The notes beneath the pieces were generated by a model, which was not told the origin of the DNA, did not search any database, and worked only from the letters and a program-made list of their open reading frames with translations. Positions 49,501 through 58,651 of a stretch of 64,000 nt of DNA are shown one piece after another. A program made the position numbers and the translations under genes. Source of the stretch: Candidatus Sigynarchaeum calidifontis (GTDB taxonomy: Archaea > Asgardarchaeota > Lokiarchaeia > Sigyniarchaeales > Sigyniarchaeaceae); contig JAUQYZ020000253.1 of NCBI GenBank assembly GCA_030587475.2, forward strand, positions 10,553 to 74,552, in the 5' to 3' direction. The stretch's first letter is position 1, and each line of letters begins with the position of its first letter.

Positions 49501-49788
49501 GTGACCAGCCGGCAGGTGTTCATCCAAATACAAATGGGCTATTTAATAAATGCAAATAAAACCTATTAAATCTCTTCTTTATGTCACATTTAACCTTTTC
49601 TGAGTCATTTGTGGTAACAGAAAGATTGATCGACGGTTTTTTTCTCGTTTCTGGACATGGCGAGCCCTCAGCAACTCGTGAAGGTGCATGTCGATGGAAC
49701 GGGACCAGCCTATCAACGAGGAACAGTCTTGTTATAACAGCAGAATACAAAAGCCATATAACCGATCGAAAAACAAAGTACCCCGGTA

Positions 49789-51060
49789 ATGACCGCGATG
49801 GCGTCCGAGATCATCTGCATCGGCTTCAATTGCCGCCCGATCGCCCAGAAGGTATCGGAAGCCGGATATCGCCCGATTGTGATCGATTATTTTGGCGATC
49901 TCGACATTCATCCATGCGCCGCGGAAGGCCATTATTTCCTGGAAGAATCAAGCGATCCGAAGGACGCGGAGCATTTTAAGGCATGGGCGCTGGCCACGCT
50001 CGACCGCCTTGCTCGGTCGCGGGGGGGCAAAAAGCCGCTTATTCTCCCCGGCAGCGGCTTCGACGACGAACCGGAGGCATGGGCGAAATTTACCAGCCTG
50101 GGCCGCGTACTGGGTAGTAGTCCCGAGGCGATCAAGCGGGCGAGAAACTTGAATACCATCGCGGACTTGTTGTGGGAAACCCCGAGCACCATCATCGTCC
50201 CGAAAACGAGGCACGTGACCATCGACGCTGCCACGGAGCCCACGACGATGTCCCGCGAGATCCACGGCGAGCTTTCCTTTCCTGTCGTCGCCAAGCGTAC
50301 CCGCACTGCCGGTGGGGCGGGCATTGAATTTGTCCAGAAAACGACATCGCTCGAGGAAGTATTCCGGCGCGTGAAAGAAGATTTACAAGGCAAGGCAGGC
50401 ACGTCTGTATCATTCAATATCCAGGAATTCGTCGGAGGAGCTGAAGCCCGCGATGCAAGCGTTCTCGCCATTAATGGTCGTGTCGTGTGCAAGACCCTCC
50501 AGGTCATCGGCGATGCGGCACTGCACGCGCCGAAGCGATTCTCGTACTGCGGCAACACCATACCCTTCGATACCGGGGATCCTTCCCTCGATCATTCAAT
50601 TGATTTACTGGTCGCGATGCTCCACCGGGATTTCGGGCTCGATGGCCTCTACGGGCTCGACATGGTGCTCGCGAAGGGGAAGGGATACCTCGTCGAGGTC
50701 AATCCACGCGTGCCAGGTAGCACCGAGCTGGCTTCCGTCTCGGTTGGCCGCAACTTGATCGCCGACCACGTGGCATCCTTCCTTGCCCCCGGCAGCCTTC
50801 CCGGCACGTACACGCCGGCACGTCATGCGATCAAGCGGATCCTCTTCGCCGGGAAGGATTTCACCATGCCAGCCCTCGACACGCTCGGTATCCATGGCAA
50901 ACTGCATGACATCACGCCGCCCGGTACCCAGGTGTCCCGAGGGATGCCGGTCGTGACCTACATGCACCACGGCCCGCTGGATGCTGCTGGAAGCATCGAC
51001 GTGGCGGCGAGGCAAGACATCAAAGCAATCTATGCATTCCTCGAACGGGACAGACCATGA
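49789..51060 (+). CDS. ATP-grasp superfamily ligase (archaeal type)
   Basis: GFNCRPIA, IDYFGDLD, GSGF, AGGAGI, IQEFVGG, FSYCGN, GLYGLD, VEVNPR.PGS. Confidence 0.85.
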   Translation: MTAMASEIICIGFNCRPIAQKVSEAGYRPIVIDYFGDLDIHPCAAEGHYFLEESSDPKDAEHFKAWALATLDRLARSRGGKKPLILPGSGFDDEPEAWAKFTSLGRVLGSSPEAIKRARNLNTIADLLWETPSTIIVPKTRHVTIDAATEPTTMSREIHGELSFPVVAKRTRTAGGAGIEFVQKTTSLEEVFRRVKEDLQGKAGTSVSFNIQEFVGGAEARDASVLAINGRVVCKTLQVIGDAALHAPKRFSYCGNTIPFDTGDPSLDHSIDLLVAMLHRDFGLDGLYGLDMVLAKGKGYLVEVNPRVPGSTELASVSVGRNLIADHVASFLAPGSLPGTYTPARHAIKRILFAGKDFTMPALDTLGIHGKLHDITPPGTQVSRGMPVVTYMHHGPLDAAGSIDVAARQDIKAIYAFLERDRP

Positions 51061-51887
51061 CCGCGTGGCACCTCACTTTCCTCGGGACAGCCGCCAGCGC
51101 CGTGTCCAAGGCACGGAACCCGACGAGCATGCTACTCACGATCGATGGCAGGCATCTCCTCGTCGAGTGCGCGGAGGGCACCACCCGTCGGCTCGTGGAG
51201 CTCGGCATCGATATCCGGGACATCGTGGCCGTTTATATATCGCACGGTCATAATGATCACGTCAGCGGAATTGTCACCTTCCTGTGGCAGAACGTCCTCG
51301 TTGCCAGGCGAACCAAGCCACTCTGCATCATCGGCCCAGGTTACGTCATCGAAACCGTCAAGAAAATGATCGACATGATGGGCACTCCGGCCGGATTCTT
51401 CTCGTTCGAGCTCGTGTACGAGCCGCTGGACGAGCAACATCTCGGTGAACCGTGCGAGATCCCGGGCCTCGCGGCGGGCGGGCACGTCACGCGGCGGCAC
51501 GCCCGTTCGGTGCACGACCCGCCTGCCAGGGCAATCCGAATCGACATCGCTGACCCGACAGGCAGGGTCATCGTATCGCTCTGCTATTCCTCGGACACGA
51601 GCCCGACCGGCGAGGTCGCGACCCTCGCTACGGGCTGCGAGTATCTCGTCCACGAGGCGACCATGTCCGACGAGGAGGAGAAGGCGGCCACCCGGTTCAA
51701 CCATTCGACCCCGTCGGGCGCCGGCCGGGTTGCTACCAACGCGGGCGCGAAGCACCTCGTGATCGTCCACTATTCCGTGTTTCTCGAGGGCAAGGAAAGC
51801 GAGATCATCACGGGAGCAAAAAAAACATTCGCCGGCGACGTGATCGTCGCCAAGGATCTCATGGGATTACCGCTGCAGAAGAGATAA
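51057..51887 (+). CDS. ribonuclease Z-like metallo-beta-lactamase-fold protein
   Basis: LTFLGT, R.PTS, ISHGHNDH, YSSDT, LVHEAT, HST, LVIVHYS, AKDL. Confidence 0.8.
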   Translation: MTAWHLTFLGTAASAVSKARNPTSMLLTIDGRHLLVECAEGTTRRLVELGIDIRDIVAVYISHGHNDHVSGIVTFLWQNVLVARRTKPLCIIGPGYVIETVKKMIDMMGTPAGFFSFELVYEPLDEQHLGEPCEIPGLAAGGHVTRRHARSVHDPPARAIRIDIADPTGRVIVSLCYSSDTSPTGEVATLATGCEYLVHEATMSDEEEKAATRFNHSTPSGAGRVATNAGAKHLVIVHYSVFLEGKESEIITGAKKTFAGDVIVAKDLMGLPLQKR

Positions 51888-51901
51888 GATGAAGGATTTG
51901 C

Positions 51902-52666
51902 TCATGGCTTGATGAGTTCCTTGATGCGCACGACGTAACGCATCAAGTTGGAGCTGCCACTTGCCGGTATCGATATTGCAAGCAAGCGGGCCTCGTCGAG
52001 CACGTGGATGATGATGCTTTGCTGTTCACCGATGATGGTCGTGAACTCCGCGTCCTCGCCCGTGATCAAGTTGTTCACGTTGAAGATCGCCGATACGAAA
52101 GCAGAGAGCCGGGCCTCGTCGATGTTGTCGCTCTGAATTTTTATCGGCAGGCCGTCCCTCGTAACGATGGCGTACATCTTCGCGTCGGGAATGGCAACTT
52201 TAATCCTGTAAAAAATGTCGCCGTAGTTTATATCGGATGACTCGATGATCGCGGAAATCTTGAGGGCGAGCTCGTTGAGCTCGGACACGTACGGGTCGAT
52301 GCCCTCGAGCTCGACGACTTGCCTGTCCAGGATGGCGCCAAACGAGATGTTCCTCGTGAGGAAGCATGCCAGGATGTACGTGGGGCCGTACGTGATAACG
52401 TGCTTGAGGTTGTCCTCGGCGATCTTGGACGATGCCTTGGACGATATGAAGAGGATAGACGTCGTCGCGGCGACCATCTCCTTGGCATTATATTTCTTGA
52501 TGTCTGGCTTGATGCAAGAGGCCACGATGTTGCCCCCGTGCGTGCCGACTGACAATGCTTTTATCGCCAGACCTTTCTTGATCTTCTCGTCGAGCAATTC
52601 CTCGACCCGTTCTATGAAATCCTTCTGGCTTTCCGGTATCTTTGACACGGCTAGTTCACCATGCAC
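51902..52666 (-). CDS. tandem (two-domain) roadblock/LC7 protein
   Basis: Two roadblock-like units: ALSVGTHGGNIVAS... and YAIVTRDGLPI...RLSAFVSAI. Confidence 0.75.
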   Translation of the reverse strand: MHGELAVSKIPESQKDFIERVEELLDEKIKKGLAIKALSVGTHGGNIVASCIKPDIKKYNAKEMVAATTSILFISSKASSKIAEDNLKHVITYGPTYILACFLTRNISFGAILDRQVVELEGIDPYVSELNELALKISAIIESSDINYGDIFYRIKVAIPDAKMYAIVTRDGLPIKIQSDNIDEARLSAFVSAIFNVNNLITGEDAEFTTIIGEQQSIIIHVLDEARLLAISIPASGSSNLMRYVVRIKELIKP

Positions 52667-52675
52667 GCTATAACC

Positions 52676-53311
52676 CTATTCAAGCTCTCGCTTGAGCTTC
52701 TCCAGCTCCTTTTTGACGTCCTCGGCAGTTGGCTTGTTGGCTTCCAGGTCCTCGACGGCAATGTTCTCGGGCATCTGGCCTTCTGGAGTTCCCGCCAGCT
52801 TGGCACCCATGTCGAGCGCGACCTCGGCTTGCATTTCCTCGAGCTCCCTTGTGACCTGGTCGTCGGCGAGCACGTCTTCGGTCGTGTCGCCCATGGCCTC
52901 CGCTGCCTCGTCGATGACGGCCCGGGCCTCCTCCGAATCCGCCACGATGCTCTCGACGTTGAGGGCCTCGATGACCTTCGCGTACCTGTTTAACACGCCC
53001 ACCGCGGTCGACAGGGCCTTCGTCGCGTTCTCGATGGTCTCGGCTTGGTCGATCGCGTCCATTTGGTCGCTGAGTTTGCGTTGAATATTGTAAAGGTTCT
53101 CGATATCCTTTTCTTGCTTGAGTTTTTTCGAGAGATGCACCTTGGCAAGTTTTTCATTCTTCTGCGCCAGTGCGGCCATCGCTTTCTTCTTGAGATCGGC
53201 GATGACTTGCTCCTTTTTCTTTATGGACGCGTCAATCTTCTTAATGCTATCCTTGAGATCGAGAAATGCCGTGTCCTTGCCGATTTCTTTCTTCTTGAAA
53301 AGTTTCTTCAT
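52676..53311 (-). CDS. ESCRT-III Snf7-family (Vps20/32/60-like) protein
   Basis: Amphipathic MKKLFKKK, basic N-half with A..AL..KN..LAK.HL.KK, acidic C-half (VESIVAD..E, ELEEM..E), terminal helix EDVKKELEKLKRELE; start at ATG 53311. Confidence 0.85.
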   Translation of the reverse strand: MKKLFKKKEIGKDTAFLDLKDSIKKIDASIKKKEQVIADLKKKAMAALAQKNEKLAKVHLSKKLKQEKDIENLYNIQRKLSDQMDAIDQAETIENATKALSTAVGVLNRYAKVIEALNVESIVADSEEARAVIDEAAEAMGDTTEDVLADDQVTRELEEMQAEVALDMGAKLAGTPEGQMPENIAVEDLEANKPTAEDVKKELEKLKRELE

Positions 53312-53421
53312 GGTCGGTCGCTCGTGGCCGGACGACTGCTTATGGTCGGATGTTATATCAATGATGGAGCCTAATAACTTTAACATTACCGCCGAATTCG
53401 ACGATGTTAAGGTGAGCATCA

Positions 53422-54447
53422 ATGAACACAACAGTCGTGGGATCATTCCCCCTCGAAAACACGCCGGCCAATTTCGAGCAAGCGTTTCTCGACCAGGTGG
53501 ACGCGGGCATCACGATCCCGTGCTATCCCCAGTTGGTCGACATGAACCACCAGATCCTCGAGCCGTTGTTGAAAATCATCCCGGGCTTGAAGCTGGTGGC
53601 CAAGGAATTTCATTTTTCGGGTGATTTCAAGGCACCAAGGGATGTCGTGGCCACCGAGTACGGGAAGAAGGTCCTGGATATCTTGGAAAAAAAACCCGAT
53701 GTCAAGAAGCGCATCGCTGGCACCAAGGCTTGCCTCACGGGGCCCTTCACGCTGTGCTCGAACATCATCATGGACGACGCCAGCATCAAGGAAAAATACA
53801 AGCCGCTCTTGTTCCGCGAGACGCGTGCCCACCAGGTACCCGAGTTCGTGGAGGAGATGGCGGGTTACATCGCCCGCATCACGAAAGCCTACGCGGACAT
53901 GGGATTCACGATCGTCTCGATCGACGACCCGTTTCTCTCGCAAATCGTCGGCCGCCGCAAGATCCTGTTCCACGAGCGACCATTCATCTTGAAGGTATTG
54001 GATACCGCGGCGAAGAACCTGGCCAAGCAAGGCTCCCTCCACGTTTGCGGCGTGCTCAGCCCGCAGCTTCGCGACTTGCTGCTCGAGTCGTCCATTCACC
54101 ACCTCGACCACGAGTTCAAGACCTCGCCGCAGAACATGGAAATCTTCGACAAGCAAATGCTTGTCGACCACGGGAAGGTGCTCGCTTTCGGGAGCTTGCA
54201 AACGAATCCGGTGCCGATGCCGGGCAAGAAACCCGACGACGTGGTCGAGAGCGTCGATGAGGTTACCAAGCACCTCCAGGTCGCGAAAGAAAGATTCGGG
54301 GCCGAGAATTTACTGGTAAAACCGGACTGTGGCTTTGGTGGCATGAACGCGTTCGACCGGGCTTACGGGCCGGGGATCGGGCACGACATCGTGAAGAAGA
54401 AACTGAAGGTGATGACCACCGCCGTGAAAAAGGTCTTCGACGAGTGA
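53422..54447 (+). CDS. core (single-barrel) cobalamin-independent-type methionine synthase
   Basis: TTVVGSFP, QVDAGI, KACLTGPFTL, SIDDP, LHVCG, HEF, VKPDCG. Confidence 0.85.
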   Translation: MNTTVVGSFPLENTPANFEQAFLDQVDAGITIPCYPQLVDMNHQILEPLLKIIPGLKLVAKEFHFSGDFKAPRDVVATEYGKKVLDILEKKPDVKKRIAGTKACLTGPFTLCSNIIMDDASIKEKYKPLLFRETRAHQVPEFVEEMAGYIARITKAYADMGFTIVSIDDPFLSQIVGRRKILFHERPFILKVLDTAAKNLAKQGSLHVCGVLSPQLRDLLLESSIHHLDHEFKTSPQNMEIFDKQMLVDHGKVLAFGSLQTNPVPMPGKKPDDVVESVDEVTKHLQVAKERFGAENLLVKPDCGFGGMNAFDRAYGPGIGHDIVKKKLKVMTTAVKKVFDE

Positions 54448-54621
54448 GCAGGATCCCCGATTGTTTTTTTATTTCCGCGCGTGACCAGCAACCATGAATC
54501 TCCCGTTTACCTTACTGGTCAACCTTTTAATTCTGCATTGACATTCAGAGGTTCGACGAGGCACGCGCGAGGAATCCAATGGTATATTGCCAATGCCTTG
54601 GTCGAACGAGTTGAATGGAAC

Positions 54622-55053
54622 ATGTCGGAAAAGAAAGAAAAGCAGTCTAGCTGGTTATTGAACTTGTTCATGCTCATCGTCGGTGCCATGACGATCTTCC
54701 TGGCGGTCGTGTATTACATAACGTTCTATTTTGGCCTTACACTGCCGTCGTGGTGGCCTTTTGTTGGTTTAGGCACGTTGACGTTCTTGATGCTCGTGGG
54801 AAGCTTGCCCGTTGGCGCATGGATGCTGATCGGGTCGATTGGCTTGTGGAAGGAGAAGGCCTGGGCACTCGGCGTCGCGTTCGTGTGCTTCACCCTCATT
54901 CTTGCAAACGGGCTCTGGGGCACCATACAATACATCATGAACAACCTCACGACCTTCTACCTGGACTGGTTCTGCTGGATTGCCATCATCATGGTAACGT
55001 TCTCTGGCGTCGGGTTGATCTACCTCATCGCGACGCACAATCGATACCATTGA
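54622..55053 (+). CDS. hypothetical 4-TM membrane protein
   Basis: Four hydrophobic helices; start MSEKKEK. Confidence 0.65.
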   Translation: MSEKKEKQSSWLLNLFMLIVGAMTIFLAVVYYITFYFGLTLPSWWPFVGLGTLTFLMLVGSLPVGAWMLIGSIGLWKEKAWALGVAFVCFTLILANGLWGTIQYIMNNLTTFYLDWFCWIAIIMVTFSGVGLIYLIATHNRYH

Positions 55054-55171
55054 ACCTATCATCCGGGATGACCTAAGCCAATCTTCCCTTTTTTTTTCCG
55101 TTCGCACGAAGAGCATTTTTGAACCCGTGCCTTGAAGACAACATGTACCTCTTGCTGGCGGGGATTCCTCG

Positions 55172-56404
55172 ATGCCGTTCGTGAAGGATGCGCTTTACTC
55201 GTACATGACCATCGGCCGCGAGTTCGAGCCCTTGATCGATTCGGTGCCCGTGCAGCGGCTGCGCCGCATCCGGCAGCTCGCCGGAACGGAATACGTGTAT
55301 CCTGGTGCCACGCACACGCGGTTCGAGCACAGCCTCGGCGTCATGCACCTGGCCGGCAGGCTATGCGACTCGCTGAACGCGAATGCGGGCGAGATAGTCG
55401 TGCCCGAGGGGGACAAGCGGGCGGTTATGAGCGCCGCGCTGCTCCACGACATCGGCCACGGGCCATTCTCGCACGTGTTCGAGAAACTCTACGAGGCGCG
55501 GCACAAGAACCACGAGGACATCACGCGCTGGCTCATCGCCGAGGAGCTCGATTCGTGCCTCGAGAAGATGGGGCTGGATCCGGAAGTCATCGGCAAGCTT
55601 GCCACGGGCCAGGCCGTGGACAAGGATCGTCTCTTTCTCGGGCAGGTCGTCGCGGGCACCATCGACTGCGACTCGCTTGACTACCTCGTCCGGGACTCGT
55701 ACTACACGGGCGCCGTGGTCGGAAACCTGGACGTGCAGCGCATCCTGCTCATGACCCGCGTGCTCGGCGGGAACCTCGCCTTCGACATCAAGATCGGCGT
55801 GCCCATCATCGAGGGCTATTTTTTACTGCGCGTGAACAGCTTCAAGCAAATATACTTCCACAAGACGAGCCGGAGTGCCCAGATCATGATCTACAACGCG
55901 CTGGAGGCAAAGAAAGACGAGTTCGACCTCGGCGTGCTCGATAAACCGAAGGATTTCCTGAAATGGGACGATTACACGCTCTGGACGACGATCCAGGACG
56001 AGCCGTTCATGGTCAAGCTCAAGCGTCGCGAGATGCTCAAGATGGTGTTCGAAAAGGTGGACAGGACCGGCGAGCCCGGGCGGCGACTTGGCGACCCGGA
56101 GATCAAGGCGCTCGAGGCCCGCATCGCGGCCGAGGCCGGGGTTGGCGAGAAAGACGTGTTCGTCGACGTGCCATACATGTCGACAGTCCCCTATGCGCAT
56201 GCTACGTCATTCGACCCAGAGGACATTCCCATCGTCGATTATGCGGATGACGGGGGCATGACCGTCCAGAAACTATCGGACCTTTCCTTGCTCTTCTCGA
56301 TGCTGAAAGGTTACTATAACATCATCCGCGTGTACACGTGGGCCGCGCACCGCGACAAGGTTGCCCGCGCGGCCAAGGAGGTGCTTGGTGAAGGTGGAAA
56401 ATAA
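55172..56404 (+). CDS. HD-domain phosphohydrolase (SAMHD1/dNTP triphosphohydrolase-like)
   Basis: QRLRRIRQL, VYPGATHTRFEHSLGV, LLHDIGHGPFSH.FE, D.D.LDYL.RD, IYFHKT. Confidence 0.92.
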   Translation: MPFVKDALYSYMTIGREFEPLIDSVPVQRLRRIRQLAGTEYVYPGATHTRFEHSLGVMHLAGRLCDSLNANAGEIVVPEGDKRAVMSAALLHDIGHGPFSHVFEKLYEARHKNHEDITRWLIAEELDSCLEKMGLDPEVIGKLATGQAVDKDRLFLGQVVAGTIDCDSLDYLVRDSYYTGAVVGNLDVQRILLMTRVLGGNLAFDIKIGVPIIEGYFLLRVNSFKQIYFHKTSRSAQIMIYNALEAKKDEFDLGVLDKPKDFLKWDDYTLWTTIQDEPFMVKLKRREMLKMVFEKVDRTGEPGRRLGDPEIKALEARIAAEAGVGEKDVFVDVPYMSTVPYAHATSFDPEDIPIVDYADDGGMTVQKLSDLSLLFSMLKGYYNIIRVYTWAAHRDKVARAAKEVLGEGGK

Positions 56405-56449
56405 AAAAAGTTCCTTGCAGTCCTATCACGGTCTTGCTTGCCGTCGGGA

Positions 56450-57922
56450 TTAGATGTATTCCTTTATGAGCCCCTTCACGTTGTCCCTGAATTCCGTGAG
56501 GTGCTTCTCGATCTTGTCGACAGCGGACTTGTCGGTCAAGAAAGCAAGGACGTAGACCTTGAAATCCTGGCAATCCAGGACGTGGAACGTGATGATCGTG
56601 TTCTCGATCATGTACGACGCACGGGTAGCCTTCCCGGAAACGAAGTTTTCGAAGTTGTTGTAAATCGCCGTGAAATGCGGGGCGCTGAGCTCGAAGAGCT
56701 TGCCCGATTCCTCGTCGACAGCGTAATCAGACATGATCAGGCCCTTCTCGTTGACGAGCAAGATGCCCCTCGCCCCCGATTGCTTGGCAAGCTTTTCGAG
56801 CTGGTAGCGGAAGATGTCGCGGTTCGGGCTGAGGGCCGCGAGGCCGTAAGAAAACGCTGTCGCGAGGCTATATGGCTCGAAGATCGACGTTTCAAAAAAT
56901 TTCACCGAGAAATCCTCCGACGCCGCGCTGAAGAGCTCGCGCGCCGCCTCGATGTTCTTTTTCAGCTTGACTTGACCGTCAGGCTCTTGGGGCGTCTCGC
57001 TCTTGTGCAAGCACAAGATGATGGGAGGGTTTTGCTCGAATTTTGCTAAAACGGCCAAGATTTGCTTGTAATAATCAACAGACTCCTCGAATCGCTTGTC
57101 ATCACGCACGTCGATCAAGTAAAAAAGCAAGTCAATGTCGAACAAATAAAGCTCGGCCGCGTCCTTGACATATTGTGTCCTGTAGCTATCTTGTCCCCCG
57201 AGATCCCAAATAGAAATTGTCAAACCCATGATAGCCGACTGGGATCTTGCTACCCCCTTGGTGGGCTGCACCTGGGCAAGGTTACTGTATTTCTTTTCAA
57301 GCCCGAGGATCATCGACGTTTTACCGCTGTTGTCGAGCCCGGCGAAAACGATCTTGAGACTGCGCTTGGATGATAAGGGATATGCAACCTTGCGCTCGGC
57401 GAATTCATTGATCGCCTTGAAAAGATCTACCATGACCGTTACAAACTCGTCTTGGGTCAGCATTTTCTTTATCCGGATCGCATGTTCGACGATGAGCGAT
57501 CGCAATTCAGCCATGTTGTCGTAGAAGAAGTTCTTGTGTTCCTCCAAGACCAGGATGGTGATCGTCGATGCCCGCGCGGAACCACGTGCGCCTTGGTCCG
57601 GGATGAGGAAAAAGTACGTCAAGCCATCCATCTTGATGTCGGGGAACGGAAGTATGCCAAAAGCCTTGATATCATCACGATCCCCTTCAGATTCTTGATA
57701 AACCCTTTCGCCCATGAGTAATGAAATACTCTTCATGCTGATGTGCAAAAAAGTGCCAAGATCAAGCGGAGGATTATATAATTCCTTTACGTTTTCCTTC
57801 TTGATGACCCTGATACCGTTCTCTTCATTTATGAGAACCATTTCTGGAATCGGCCCCTCATCGCCAAAAATACTAAGAATCAAGGCCTGGATGATTCGCT
57901 GGTTCTCATTCATTAATGCCAC
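56450..57922 (-). CDS. longin (FLCN/SMCR8-like) - Rag-like GTPase - roadblock fusion protein
   Basis: N-terminal LILSIFGDEGP...YFFLIPDQGARG; GLDNSGKTS, QPT, WDLGGQ, HKSE, ETSIFE; roadblock CTD GILLVNEKGLIM. Confidence 0.82.
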   Translation of the reverse strand: MALMNENQRIIQALILSIFGDEGPIPEMVLINEENGIRVIKKENVKELYNPPLDLGTFLHISMKSISLLMGERVYQESEGDRDDIKAFGILPFPDIKMDGLTYFFLIPDQGARGSARASTITILVLEEHKNFFYDNMAELRSLIVEHAIRIKKMLTQDEFVTVMVDLFKAINEFAERKVAYPLSSKRSLKIVFAGLDNSGKTSMILGLEKKYSNLAQVQPTKGVARSQSAIMGLTISIWDLGGQDSYRTQYVKDAAELYLFDIDLLFYLIDVRDDKRFEESVDYYKQILAVLAKFEQNPPIILCLHKSETPQEPDGQVKLKKNIEAARELFSAASEDFSVKFFETSIFEPYSLATAFSYGLAALSPNRDIFRYQLEKLAKQSGARGILLVNEKGLIMSDYAVDEESGKLFELSAPHFTAIYNNFENFVSGKATRASYMIENTIITFHVLDCQDFKVYVLAFLTDKSAVDKIEKHLTEFRDNVKGLIKEYI

Positions 57923-58145
57923 GACATTTCTTGATTTGGTTCAAAGATACACGGAGAGATCAAGAGGATTGAATATTTGTTCTGTTTTCATATATCTCTT
58001 AAAAGCCTTAAAATTATGTTTTGTACTCATCGCCACAGATCTGATAATACGAATACCACTTTTTAATAACTACCAGGGTTTGCACACAAGGCTTGGAATG
58101 TACATATGGAGATTATAAGCACGATCAATTAATTATTCTCTTTTT

Positions 58146-58466
58146 CTAAATAGGTGGTTCAAAAAAAACCTCTCGATCATTAAAGCCTTTCACGACCAAG
58201 TCTTTCATGCAAATCCCACAAGTGATCTTTTTCCCCACGGCTGGTTGGAATTGCGCTGGACCTTCACGAGTCCACCCAAAGATAAATCCACAATGCGTGC
58301 ATACACAATGCCTGTATCCAGAAACATCTGGAATAAAAGGTTCAGCACCTCGCCATCGGTTATCTCTGTTTTGAAATTCGATTTCCCAATCATCAATTCT
58401 CTTCACGATTAATTCAGCTTCACATTTTGGACAAATCGTGTTCATATCAATGTATATTTCATTCAC
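58146..58466 (-). CDS. small zinc-ribbon repeat protein (LysW-like fold, no EDWGE tail)
   Basis: Three CxxC motifs; internal repeat TICPKCEAELIVKRIDDWEIEF / ITCGICMKDLVVKGFNDREVFF; AT-rich. Confidence 0.6.
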   Translation of the reverse strand: MNEIYIDMNTICPKCEAELIVKRIDDWEIEFQNRDNRWRGAEPFIPDVSGYRHCVCTHCGFIFGWTREGPAQFQPAVGKKITCGICMKDLVVKGFNDREVFFEPPI

Positions 58467-58598
58467 ATCTTTATCCCACTCAAACCGGGCCCCACAAGAC
58501 GGGCATCGACATCGTCGGGGAAAGACGACCGTCGTGATAATTTCACCAGCCTATAACATTAATCCATTCATCGAATGATGAGAAAATTGCTTCTCTAG

Positions 58599-58632
58599 AA
58601 GACGGCGGAATTGTAAGACGGCGGCATCGTAA
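58599..58632. repeat. short imperfect tandem repeat (AAGACGGCGG x2, 16-nt period)
   Basis: AAGACGGCGGAATTGT followed by AAGACGGCGGCATCGT. Confidence 0.5.
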
Positions 58633-58651
58633 CATGTTTTTCCCCTCAGGT

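Noticed and set aside
53312-53446. N-terminal extension of ESCRT-III overlapping the methionine synthase gene
   Set aside because: MKKLF is the typical ESCRT-III start; the extension is the divergent promoter region.
48537-56404. MazG-like plus SAMHD1-like genes as a nucleotide-depletion defence island
   Set aside because: They are separated by unrelated housekeeping genes and both families are common pool-sanitising enzymes.
58599-58632. Possible mini-CRISPR or att site
   Set aside because: Only two 10-nt copies with a 6-nt spacer; no cas or integrase gene in the window.
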